Origin: Escherichia coli
Lineage (GTDB): Bacteria; Pseudomonadota; Gammaproteobacteria; Enterobacterales; Enterobacteriaceae
Reading direction: 5' to 3' (one strand)
DNA: 47,389 nt
Assembly: GCF_036507355.1 (NCBI RefSeq)
Contig: NZ_AP027879.1
A program made the position numbers and the translations under genes. This document shows, one piece after another, positions 1 through 8,861 of the stretch. The notes below the pieces were generated by a model. The model was not told the origin of the DNA, did no database searches, and saw nothing but the letters and a program-made list of their open reading frames with translations. The stretch's first letter is position 1, and every line of letters starts with the position of its first letter.

Positions 1-66
1 CTATTAGCCACACTCGCAAGCCAAGCAGAGTCGGCTTAAATTCTATTGAGTGTTGTAACTACTAGC

Positions 67-705
67 TTAAATGGCGTTCAACTTCCTCGATTTTACAGCA
101 CTACTAATTGTCCCTCGACTACAGGCCATAATTTTCTGTACCTGACTCCAGGAACTACCGCTATCGAGCAACCGATTGATGGCATCGTATCGCTCCTTAT
201 TGGCCTGTCGCCCCTTATACCTTCCCTCTTTTTGAGCTTTACTAATCCCCTGTCTTTGACGTTCCCGGCGTTGTTCATAGTCACGACGTGCCACAGCAGC
301 CAGCATGTCGAGCAACATATCGTTAATTGCAGCAAACATGCGGCTATCAAAATCATGGCTTCCTGAAGCTATCCATGTTGTCGGAACGTTGATGGCCATC
401 ACTCGTATATCTTTCTGCCTAATCAATTTTTTCAAGCTGTTCCAGTCTTCGCCAGTCAGACGTGAGAGCCGATCTACATCCTCAATTAAGAGAATATCGT
501 TGTGCCGGCAGTCTTTGAGCAACCTGAATAATTCAGGCCGGTCAAGCCTCGAACCAGATTCATTCTCAATGTAGTAATTGCAAATGTTCAGCCCACGTTC
601 CTCGGCAAAACTATCAATCGCAGCCAGAGCGCGAGAAGCATCTTGTTCAGATGTAGAGGCGCGTAAATAAGCCCGGACAAAGCCTTTCGGTACAGTTTGA
701 GTCAC
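67..705 (-). CDS. Serine recombinase / multimer-resolution resolvase (ResD-like)
   Basis: 212-aa ORF with N-terminal catalytic motif YLRASTSEQ (active-site Ser) and resolvase-like C-terminus. Confidence 0.8.
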   Translation of the reverse strand: MTQTVPKGFVRAYLRASTSEQDASRALAAIDSFAEERGLNICNYYIENESGSRLDRPELFRLLKDCRHNDILLIEDVDRLSRLTGEDWNSLKKLIRQKDIRVMAINVPTTWIASGSHDFDSRMFAAINDMLLDMLAAVARRDYEQRRERQRQGISKAQKEGRYKGRQANKERYDAINRLLDSGSSWSQVQKIMACSRGTISSAVKSRKLNAI

Positions 706-844
706 AGTGTAGAACCAGTTCGATTTAGGTAGTTAAAGCATAACTATACAGTACCCGTTATGGGTGGTATTTAAAAGGCATACTCAAAAAGAACCAGAAA
801 ACAGACCTCCGACCATAAAGTGACAATGTCACACAGAAATTTAC

Positions 845-1072
845 AACATAAAGATGATGTAAAGACGGTCTCAGATTTACCACGTAAAGCCACTATAAAT
901 ACACACAAATCTTTACACAATAAAGATAACATAAATACAAGCTTATCTTTATTTGTGCTTTACATGGTAAATCATGTGTAATATAAAGACACTGTAAAGA
1001 CAAAATAATCTTTACGAACAACACACAATGTAAAGATAAGACAGTCTTTACATAATCTTTACGTCATAAAGA
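845..1072. repeat. Array of about 14 TCTTTAC/GTAAAGA hexamer-core repeats in both orientations upstream of parA; candidate centromere or operator
   Basis: Motif recurs every 10-25 bp across about 230 bp immediately 5' of the ParA start. Confidence 0.5.
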
Positions 1073-1085
1073 GAGGAATTCTGAA

Positions 1086-1748
1086 ATGGGTAAAATCTTG
1101 CTTGTCGTATCAGATAAGGGTGGTGTAGGCAAAAGCACCTACGTGGCTAACACAGGCTCAATGCTGGTCAATAAAGGTAAGTCGGTAATTATCCTCAAGA
1201 CAGATAAAAACCACGATCTGTTGAGCTGGAACGAAAAGCGGACAGATAACGGCTTACTCACTATCCCGGTTCACGCAGCTTACGGAAACGTCAGCAATGA
1301 AATTAAGCGACTTAGTAAGCTGTGTGAAGTCCTCATTGTCGATTGCCCCGGCCACGACAGCCAGGAGTTCCGTAGCGCCCTGACAGTATCAGATATCGTG
1401 GTAACACTGGTTAAGCCGTCCTCTGATTTCGAAAGCGAAACTCTGACCAGTGTTACAGAGAAAATCCGCACCGCTCAGAAAGCTAACGCAGCCCTGGAAC
1501 CGTGGGTGCTGTTCACCAGAATCAACTCAGCGAAACCCCGCCACAGAAAAGCGGCCATTGATCTGGATAAATTACTGCGTTCGGACAACATCTGGATTCA
1601 ACCTCTTAAAACCCGGATATCCGAGCTGGATGTGTATGAAAGCGCCTGTAATGAAGGGGCAGGGGTACATGACGTTAGCCGGGCATCAAGCCTTTCAACA
1701 GCGAAAGCACAGATTGAACTAGTGGCGCAGGAAATTGGAATTTTATAG
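1086..1748 (+). CDS. parA: ParA/ParF-family partition ATPase (small type Ib)
   Basis: 220 aa; deviant Walker A KGGVGKST near N-terminus. Confidence 0.85.
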   Translation: MGKILLVVSDKGGVGKSTYVANTGSMLVNKGKSVIILKTDKNHDLLSWNEKRTDNGLLTIPVHAAYGNVSNEIKRLSKLCEVLIVDCPGHDSQEFRSALTVSDIVVTLVKPSSDFESETLTSVTEKIRTAQKANAALEPWVLFTRINSAKPRHRKAAIDLDKLLRSDNIWIQPLKTRISELDVYESACNEGAGVHDVSRASSLSTAKAQIELVAQEIGIL

Positions 1749-1767
1749 TAATATCAATACCATCTAT

Positions 1768-1786
1768 AAATCTTTACATTGTAAAG
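1768..1786. promoter_or_regulatory. 19-bp palindrome ATCTTTACATTGTAAAGAT between parA and the RHH gene
   Basis: Perfect inverted repeat with the same TCTTTAC core as the upstream array. Confidence 0.35.
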
Positions 1787-1845
1787 ATAATATAAAGATA
1801 GTATGATATTTACTATTAATGCATACCGTACAAGGGGAAATTGTC

Positions 1846-2127
1846 ATGGCTTTAAAACTAAACCGTCCGAACATCGATGAATCTCAGCAACCAGCAACAA
1901 ACGCAGAAACCGCGCGTTTTATCTCCGGCGCTACCAGAGCGCCTGTAGTGGGTAAACCAAAGTTGATGAACTTCAGACTTTCAGCCCATTTTGAGGACAT
2001 ACTGGAAGCTGAAGCTATCAGAACAGGGCAGAGCAAAACAACCGTTCTCAAAGCGGCGCTGGCGATGTACAACAGCCAGGATGAAAACATAAAGAATCAC
2101 TGGTTGCTTGAGTCTGCAAAATTCTAA
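1846..2127 (+). CDS. Small ribbon-helix-helix protein, ParG-like partition or repressor protein
   Basis: About 93 aa from MALKLN (purine-rich stretch upstream); C-terminal KPKLMNFRLSAHFEDILEAEAIRTGQSKTTVLKAAL resembles an RHH fold; sits directly after parA. Confidence 0.55.
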   Translation: MALKLNRPNIDESQQPATNAETARFISGATRAPVVGKPKLMNFRLSAHFEDILEAEAIRTGQSKTTVLKAALAMYNSQDENIKNHWLLESAKF

Positions 2128-2151
2128 CCATAGAAGCATGGATGAAAATCT

Positions 2152-3129
2152 ATGAGATATTTAACCGAATTGATCTGTGACCTCTACAGGTTGACAGATC
2201 ACCATAAACTGACCACAGCAACGTTTAAAAATCTTGCTGATATTAAGTTATTTAAACCTACAGCAGATGCAGACACCATATTGCAGCTTGAAAATATATT
2301 TAGCGAATACTCACTGAGATATATTGACAAGGATCTGGCTGAAATTCTGAGCAACTTAATAACTACAGATAAGAAACACTCTCTGGACTTCGATTTTAAC
2401 AAAATACAATCTCTGACTGACTCGAAAAGTTTCGGTTGTGGATGGAGCAAGGTAATAAATGGTAGTTGGTTCAAAGATCTTTATTCTTGGGGAGAGGGGA
2501 TGTATCCTGCCGAAAATCTGAAAGCTGAAAATATTTTAGACTGGAAAGATAATATATGGCACATTGAGCATGAAGGTTTCCCCCCACGCCCCCCTATTAA
2601 TGTTAAATATTATTCTTGGTTTGACCGATATGTAGCTTCAAACAGTGGTGGCTCACATCATGCAGCAATGGTTGTATATCAATCAGTCAGAGACGGGTTA
2701 GAGTATAAAAGAGAAGCTGTTATTAAACAACTGAGTATAGACCCAGGCACTGTTGAAATACTTGATAAGAATTACTATTCATTCATATTCCAGATCAAAA
2801 CCCTTAATAAAGAAACTAGAATTTATACATCTGAATACGAGTTTACAGATGCTTTAAAAGACTTTGGACAAAACAGACATACCATACTTAAACCTGTTAA
2901 TTACGTTTCCAACATAAAATTAGTATTTATTCCAAAAGATGCATTAAAAACAAATAGCGAGACATTCCGCAACTGGTTTCATTCTGCAATTAGCTGCGGA
3001 AAAATAATATCACTCCCTGATTATCTGAAAAATCCAGCACATTATCATACACTTCATTACTCACATGAAGTAGACTCAATAACACTTGGCGACCCAAGCA
3101 GAAAATTTAAACTGAAAGGAGATTCTTAG
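2152..3129 (+). CDS. Hypothetical protein, 325 aa, AT-rich, no recognised family
   Basis: Long uninterrupted ORF; no motif I can assign. Confidence 0.6.
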   Translation: MRYLTELICDLYRLTDHHKLTTATFKNLADIKLFKPTADADTILQLENIFSEYSLRYIDKDLAEILSNLITTDKKHSLDFDFNKIQSLTDSKSFGCGWSKVINGSWFKDLYSWGEGMYPAENLKAENILDWKDNIWHIEHEGFPPRPPINVKYYSWFDRYVASNSGGSHHAAMVVYQSVRDGLEYKREAVIKQLSIDPGTVEILDKNYYSFIFQIKTLNKETRIYTSEYEFTDALKDFGQNRHTILKPVNYVSNIKLVFIPKDALKTNSETFRNWFHSAISCGKIISLPDYLKNPAHYHTLHYSHEVDSITLGDPSRKFKLKGDS

Positions 3130-3482
3130 CTTTTATATAAAAAATCAATGTTATCATTTGTCAGAAGATCAGCGAGGGTAATACATTCAAGAACCACAAT
3201 ATTTGTTCCTTCCAACAAACTGGCATCAAGTATCTTATCGAAGCTGATAATCATCATTGGCTTGCGTTGTGTTAAATCAAAGATTACCAATGGAAGTATT
3301 ACACTGTTAATTAATTCAAACTCTTTAAAGAAAGCATCAGTGCCATACTCACTGGCTGGAAAAAGAATCTCAATTAATCTCACACCATAAAAAACATGGT
3401 AGTTTTCTTTAAGGTTATCCTTTAAAATATTAACAGCCTTAGTATATTTTTCGTTAATAAACTCTCTCACCTGATATTCCAT
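3126..3482 (-). CDS. Hypothetical protein, about 119 aa, convergent with the 325-aa ORF
   Basis: Likely start MEYQVREF at 3482 preceded by GGAG; ORF track extends to 3551; stop codons of the two genes overlap in ttag at 3126-3129. Confidence 0.5.
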   Translation of the reverse strand: MEYQVREFINEKYTKAVNILKDNLKENYHVFYGVRLIEILFPASEYGTDAFFKEFELINSVILPLVIFDLTQRKPMMIISFDKILDASLLEGTNIVVLECITLADLLTNDNIDFLYKS

Positions 3483-3618
3483 AAAATTCTCCGACAAGAA
3501 CCGACTGTAGGTCACCGGGCAAACGTTGCAGAATGGCGTCAGAGACGTCATTTTGCGGCGTTTGCCCTATCCTGCATCGCAGTGAAAAGGCAGGGACTGG
3601 CATAACTGCTGAGTAGCA

Positions 3619-3882
3619 TCATTGCTGGCTTATCTCGCTACTGTTCTCGGTGCTTTCGTCCGCAGGTTCGGGAACAAGTAACTTGTGCCAAGGCATAGTT
3701 TTGTTGAGCAGCTCCATCAGAGGCTCAGCCAGCAGTCCCAAAATCCAGGTTGCCGTAATCACCGGTATAGTCAGATTTTGTGGCGTCCATAACTGGTGAT
3801 CGAGATGATACCAAGTGATGACACACAAAATACCACCCAGCCAGAATACAGCCCATTTAAACGCACCAAGAATGGCTAACAC
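3619..3882 (-). CDS. Small hydrophobic membrane protein; possibly the C-terminal part of a gene interrupted by an in-frame TGA
   Basis: 87-aa hydrophobic ORF with GTG start; an in-frame upstream ORF (ATG at 4065, MAKIYQFPQGEERAKF, 41 codons) ends at TGA 3942-3940. Confidence 0.45.
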   Translation of the reverse strand: MLAILGAFKWAVFWLGGILCVITWYHLDHQLWTPQNLTIPVITATWILGLLAEPLMELLNKTMPWHKLLVPEPADESTENSSEISQQ

Positions 3883-4104
3883 AAAAACAAAGATAAAATG
3901 TAAAACACTCGCGACAAGAAGACGAAGATAAAACCATCCTCAGCCAAGCCACTTAACAAAAGTGCTCCCTGTTTTCACTGCAAAACGTTTCTTACGCTCC
4001 CTGGCAATTTCTTTCCTGAATTTAGCACGTTCTTCCCCCTGAGGGAATTGATAGATTTTAGCCATGAGCTACCTCATTTCGATCTCAAAACGAAGTTTAT
4101 GCAA

Positions 4105-4941
4105 TTATCCTCTGAAACCGTATGGTATTCTGATATCTAAGCCCTCACTTTCTTTATCTATTTTATAAGAAAACCTTAGCTTTGATGCTCTTCTTGCGAC
4201 TCTCTCAACGATTTTAACTTCGAGATGATTAATCTCTGTATATTGATTTATTTTTTCAATATTTTTTTGCAGAAAAACCTTATTAAAATCCTTAAAATTC
4301 TGATAAAGGTAAACTTTTTCGCCATTATCTATTCTGAATAATTCAAGTTCATCCTTTAATACATCTACTTCAATGTCGAAAAATGTCTTTTTACCACTGC
4401 TGTATTGTTTCCTGATAAACTGATAAAGCATATTTGAATTTTGATCAGCGAGTCTTACAGACGATATCAAAACCTGAGTAGTGTAAGAATCCTTTAACAT
4501 CGTGATATATGGCTCAATGACATGTGAAAAAGCAATATCAATATATCCTTCACTTTCAACATAATCACAAAACGCAGTCAGGTTCATAAGCCTGACTGCA
4601 TCAGAAGGTAATTTACCTCTCTTCTTCGTATGTCCAGAGCTTTGATTGCCCTGAGGTGTGAGAAGTTGATTTCGAGGAATGCGAATAACACTGGCCTGAA
4701 GTTCTTCTGCCCCCTCTTTCAACTGCCGGTAAGCACCTGTTACATCAATATCAGCGATAAATGCATATTCCCGAGCCGTAATACGAAAGGTTGCCCCCTC
4801 AGATAACTCTTCACGTGAATCAATCTGCGCCATAGCCATAAACAAAATTCTTCTGGCAGACAAAGGCAACGATGAGAATGTGCTGTTAATTTCATTTCTG
4901 TGGCGAATTTTTGTTTTCTTTGTAACGCTCAGTAAGTTCAT
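4105..4941 (-). CDS. repB: Rep_3-family iteron-plasmid replication initiator
   Basis: 278 aa; family assigned from overall resemblance to iteron-plasmid initiators; iterons and DnaA boxes lie directly upstream. Confidence 0.85.
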   Translation of the reverse strand: MNLLSVTKKTKIRHRNEINSTFSSLPLSARRILFMAMAQIDSREELSEGATFRITAREYAFIADIDVTGAYRQLKEGAEELQASVIRIPRNQLLTPQGNQSSGHTKKRGKLPSDAVRLMNLTAFCDYVESEGYIDIAFSHVIEPYITMLKDSYTTQVLISSVRLADQNSNMLYQFIRKQYSSGKKTFFDIEVDVLKDELELFRIDNGEKVYLYQNFKDFNKVFLQKNIEKINQYTEINHLEVKIVERVARRASKLRFSYKIDKESEGLDIRIPYGFRG

Positions 4942-5193
4942 ACATTACCTGTGGTTTTTAAGTTCTGATGGTGAAATCATAACCACAAAGGCGGAAATAT
5001 GTAAAGTGGTTTATCCACCTTATGTATTTCCACCAAAACACGGATCACATGAAAGAATTTTTATCATTTATATTCAATATGATAGAAATGCGCAGGTATC
5101 CACCTTTTAACGTCATACGTTAAATTAGAGCACTATAAAGAACTAAAGAAATGAAGATACAAAGATACGAATATCTGAATAAAAACAGAAAAA

Positions 5194-5313
5194 TGCGTAC
5201 CCATCCACCTTTCAGTGCGTACCCATCCACCTTTCAGTGCGCAGCCATCCACCTTTCATGAAAATTACAGTGCGTACCCATCCACCTTTCAGTGCGTACC
5301 CATCCACCTTTCA
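5194..5313. repeat. Five 22-bp iterons (TGCGTACCCATCCACCTTTCAG) of the Rep_3 replicon
   Basis: Five near-identical direct repeats, two plus one plus two with an 11-bp spacer. Confidence 0.75.
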
Positions 5314-5484
5314 TTTTGAGGCGACAAAAAACAACACCTATCTTAATGAAATTATTGATAAAAAAGCTGGCACAATGTTTGCAGAATAAGTTAAAGTAAG
5401 TTAAAGATCTTAAAGTAGATCTACCGATCTACATTTAAGATCTTAAAAACAAGAAGTTTAATAAGCAAAAAAACACAAAAAATC

Positions 5485-5532
5485 TGTGGATAACTCTGCT
5501 CAAAACAAAAAATTCACAGCGCCTGTGGATAA
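5485..5532. promoter_or_regulatory. Two DnaA boxes (TGTGGATAA) beside an AT-rich stretch; part of oriV
   Basis: TTATCCACA consensus at 5485-5493 and 5524-5532; AT-rich region 5340-5480. Confidence 0.5.
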
Positions 5533-6174
5533 CTTTGCGTAAACCCGGAGGACAGATCACTCTGAACCAAGACAACCACACATAAAAACAATATGCTCAT
5601 TTTTTAACCACTGTGCGTAAGTGCCTAATGTAATCCCTGTGCTATTCCGCTTCCTCGCTCACTAACTCGCTACACTCGGTCGTTCGGCTGCGGCGAGCGG
5701 TGTCTCCTTTCTCAAAACCAGAAGAGTTCAGCTCATACGATCCGTTGATTGATCCTTTTTGGATCTTTCACTGAGAAGCCCTGAATCGCTTTCTGCCGCT
5801 TCGTTCGATACAACCATGGTGAAACCATGCGAAATCGAAAAAATCGCTCAGAATGCGATACAGCGCGTTTTAGAGGGTATTTACAAAACAGTCGTTGCCT
5901 TGAGGAAATTTTGATCAAGATTGAACTCCTATCCGGATCATGGCAACAGATCACAGCAACAAGGCCGCTAAAAAGCGTTGAGCGGCGTTAAAAACCGTTA
6001 AACCGTAGCTGACTACAACGAAACGGGAAAAAACGCTCAGAACGCGTTACAGAGCGTTTTAAGGCGATGTCGGAAAGAGCCATATCTCACCTGTTCTGAT
6101 GTTTTTCTCAACATAAGCACTTTTAAGAGTGCTTTTAAAGATGCTATTATGCCAATGAGACAAGCGGAGGGCTT

Positions 6175-6426
6175 ATGAGCTATCAAATTCTGACAACTAC
6201 AGCGGCCAGTATTACTGACCTGAAAAAAAATCCTATGGGAACCGTAGCTGAAGGTGAAGGGGACGCTGTTGCGATCCTGAACCGAAACGAACCGGCGTTC
6301 TATTGCGTTCCACCAAAACTTTACGCCTACTATCGGGAACTCGCTGAAGATGCTGAGTTAAACGCTGTTGCTGATGAGCGCATGAAAAACCCGGAAATTG
6401 TGAAGGTTAACCTGGATGACCTATGA
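6175..6426 (+). CDS. stbD: Phd/YefM-family antitoxin
   Basis: 83 aa; overlaps the downstream toxin gene in typical TA arrangement. Confidence 0.85.
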   Translation: MSYQILTTTAASITDLKKNPMGTVAEGEGDAVAILNRNEPAFYCVPPKLYAYYRELAEDAELNAVADERMKNPEIVKVNLDDL

Positions 6427-6697
6427 ACTGGCTTTTGACCGTAGAGCACTGAAGGAATGGCAGAAACTCGGCCACACCATCCGTGAACAATTCAAAAAGA
6501 AACTGGCAGAACGGCTGGAAAATCCACGCGTACCCGCAGCCCGGTTACATGGTCATGCTGATCGCTATAAAATCAAACTTCGTGCATCTGGCTACAGACT
6601 TGTATACCAAGTCATTGATGAGAAAGTCGTTTTACTCGTTATTGCCGTTGGAAGAAGGGAAAGCAGCGAAGTCTATCAGATCGCAGATTTGCGCTAA
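6416..6697 (+). CDS. stbE: RelE/ParE-family toxin
   Basis: 93 aa; 11-bp overlap with stbD. Confidence 0.85.
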   Translation: MTYELAFDRRALKEWQKLGHTIREQFKKKLAERLENPRVPAARLHGHADRYKIKLRASGYRLVYQVIDEKVVLLVIAVGRRESSEVYQIADLR

Positions 6698-6771
6698 GAT
6701 TAATCATCAAATGATTGGTGATGCTGCCAACTTACTGATTTAGTGTATGATGGTGTTTTTGAGGTGCTCCA

Positions 6772-7047
6772 GTGGCTTCTGTTTCTATCAGCTGTCCCTC
6801 CTGTTCAGCTACTGACGGGGTGGTGCGTAACGGCAAAAGCACCGCCGGACATCAGCGCTATCTCTGCTCTCACTGCCGTAAAACATGGCAACTGCAGTTC
6901 ACTTACACCGCTTCTCAACCCGGTACGCACCAGAAAATCATTGATATGGCCATGAATGGCGTTGGATGCCGGGCAACAGCCCGCATTATGGGCGTTGGCC
7001 TCAACACGATTTTACGTCACTTAAAAAACTCAGGCCGCAGTCGGTAA
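6772..7047 (+). CDS. insA: IS1 InsA
   Basis: 91-aa zinc-finger protein [16 protein letters not shown]. Confidence 0.85.
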
Positions 7048-7469
7048 CCTCGCGCATACAGCCGGGCAGTGACGTCATCGTCTGCGCGGAAATGGACGAA
7101 CAGTGGGGCTATGTCGGGGCTAAATCGCGCCAGCGCTGGCTGTTTTACGCGTATGACAGGCTCCGGAAGACGGTTGTTGCGCACGTATTCGGTGAACGCA
7201 CTATGGCGACGCTGGGGCGTCTTATGAGCCTGCTGTCACCCTTTGACGTGGTGATATGGATGACGGATGGCTGGCCGCTGTATGAATCCCGCCTGAAGGG
7301 AAAGCTGCACGTAATCAGCAAGCGATATACGCAGCGAATTGAGCGGCATAACCTGAATCTGAGGCAGCACCTGGCACGGCTGGGACGGAAGTCGCTGTCG
7401 TTCTCAAAATCGGTGGAGCTGCATGACAAAGTCATCGGGCATTATCTGAACATAAAACACTATCAGTAA
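6966..7469 (+). CDS. insB: IS1 InsB frame (expressed as InsAB by -1 frameshift)
   Basis: InsB-like translation in the -1 frame overlapping the insA 3' end. Confidence 0.8.
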
Positions 7470-7484
7470 GTTGGAGTCATTACC

Positions 7485-7787
7485 AACCAGTTCACCACCT
7501 ACTCGCTCCGCGATTGTGGCAGTCTTCGAAATCCCCGGACGATCCGCCTTTATGAAAGTCTTGCTCAATTCAAATCTTCAGGCTTATGGGTTACTACTCA
7601 TGCTTGGTTAAATGACCGTTTCGTCTTACCGGAATCCCAGCAGAAGAACTTGGCAGAGTTGAAACGATCTTTCCTTGATCCTGCACTCAAGCAGATAAAT
7701 GAGAAAACACCTTTACTTGCTAAGTATAGTATTGATGATTCAGGAAAATTTCTGTTCTCAATAATTGATAAGCAAAATCCCGTCTGA
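7485..7787 (+). pseudogene. repA: 3' remnant of a second replication initiator gene, 5'-truncated by IS1
   Basis: Open frame from the IS1 junction encoding a Rep-like C-terminus (WLNDRFVLPESQQKNLAELKRSF...) followed by 37-bp iterons. Confidence 0.5.
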
Positions 7788-7837
7788 CATAAATCAGCAC
7801 ACATGAGCCTGTCATTTGACAAATTTTTGTCATGAAG

Positions 7838-8370
7838 ATGGGCGGATTTCCACACAGCACCGGCGCCCGGTAAGGTGGGCGGATTTCCACACAGCACCGG
7901 CGCCCGGCAAGGTGGGCGGATTCCCACACGGCACCGGCGCGCGGCAAGGTGGGCGGATTCCCACACGGCACCGGCGCGCGGCAAGGTGGGCGGATTTCCA
8001 CACAGCACCGGCGCCCGGCAAGGTGGGCGGATTCCCACACGGCACCGGCGCGCGGCAAGGTGGGCGGATTCCCACACGGCACCGGCGCGCGGCAAGGTGG
8101 GCGGATTTCCACACAGCACCGGCGCCCGGCAAGGTGGGCGGATTCCCACACGGCACCGGCGCGCGGCAAGGTGGGCGGATTCCCACACGGCACCGGCGCG
8201 CGGCAAGGTGGGCGGATTTCCACACAGCACCGGCGCCCGGCAAGGTGGGCGGATTCCCACACGGCACCGGCGCGCGGCAAGGTGGGCGGATTCCCACACG
8301 GCACCGGCGCGCGGCAAGGTGGGCGGATTTCCACACGGCACCGGCGCCCGGCAAGGTGGGCCGATTCCCA
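7838..8370. repeat. About 14 tandem 37-bp iterons (GGGCGGATTYCCACACRGCACCGGCGCSCGGCAAGGT); IncN-like origin array
   Basis: Head-to-tail direct repeats with two alternating variants; no spacers. Confidence 0.75.
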
Positions 8371-8861
8371 TATCGACATGTATGTAGCTTGTGTTATCTG
8401 TGGATTGTGCAGCTCAGCGGGTCGCTGGTCGTATGGCGGAGTGTCCCCCGTAACCGGCCGCGTGCGGCCGCTAACGCGCAGTACGGCGCCGCGTCCCGCA
8501 GACGGGCCGCCGTTCCCGCGCGCAGCACTGCGCACCCCCGTGGGGGACGTACGGCAGCTGCGTGGCGGTGAGCGGGATTAGGGCTTTGCAGCTACCGTGT
8601 TAAGTTCCCTGGTGTCGCTGAAATAGTTGATGAACATCCCCCTAAGCGTCAGCAGCAAGCTGCCGCCGCTTAGGCCCCGGAAATCACGCCCTTTACGTCG
8701 TAAACGCCGTAAAGCCCGCTCACCGGGGTTAAAAGGGATTACTTTGACTTCTTCATTGCTGTTCGCGAGTTAAGGCTAATCAGGGCAGGGGGTAGGGTGG
8801 CAGAATTTATAGCCCGGCAACCGGCTACGCCGGGCTTTCGGCGCCATTTTACAACACAGAC

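Larger units (their letters stand above)
6717..7484 (+). mobile_element. IS1, complete, 768 bp
   Basis: Terminal repeats GGTGATGCTGCCAACTTACTGAT and ATCAGTAAGTTGGAGTCATTACC; insA and insB frames present; inserted 20 bp after the stbE stop. Confidence 0.9.

Noticed and set aside
46-366. 106-aa ORF on the plus strand at the window start
   Set aside because: It is antisense to the resolvase gene, which has a clear catalytic motif; no independent support.
7838-8370. Possible CRISPR array
   Set aside because: The 37-bp units are contiguous with no unique spacers between them, and no cas genes are nearby; the same applies to the 22-bp repeats at 5194-5313 and the 11-bp repeats at 10446-10610.
7598-8581. 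Six long overlapping ORFs (170-271 aa) on both strands across the 37-bp iteron array
   Set aside because: They are artefacts of a stop-free GC-rich tandem repeat and their translations are themselves repetitive; the region is an iteron array, not coding.
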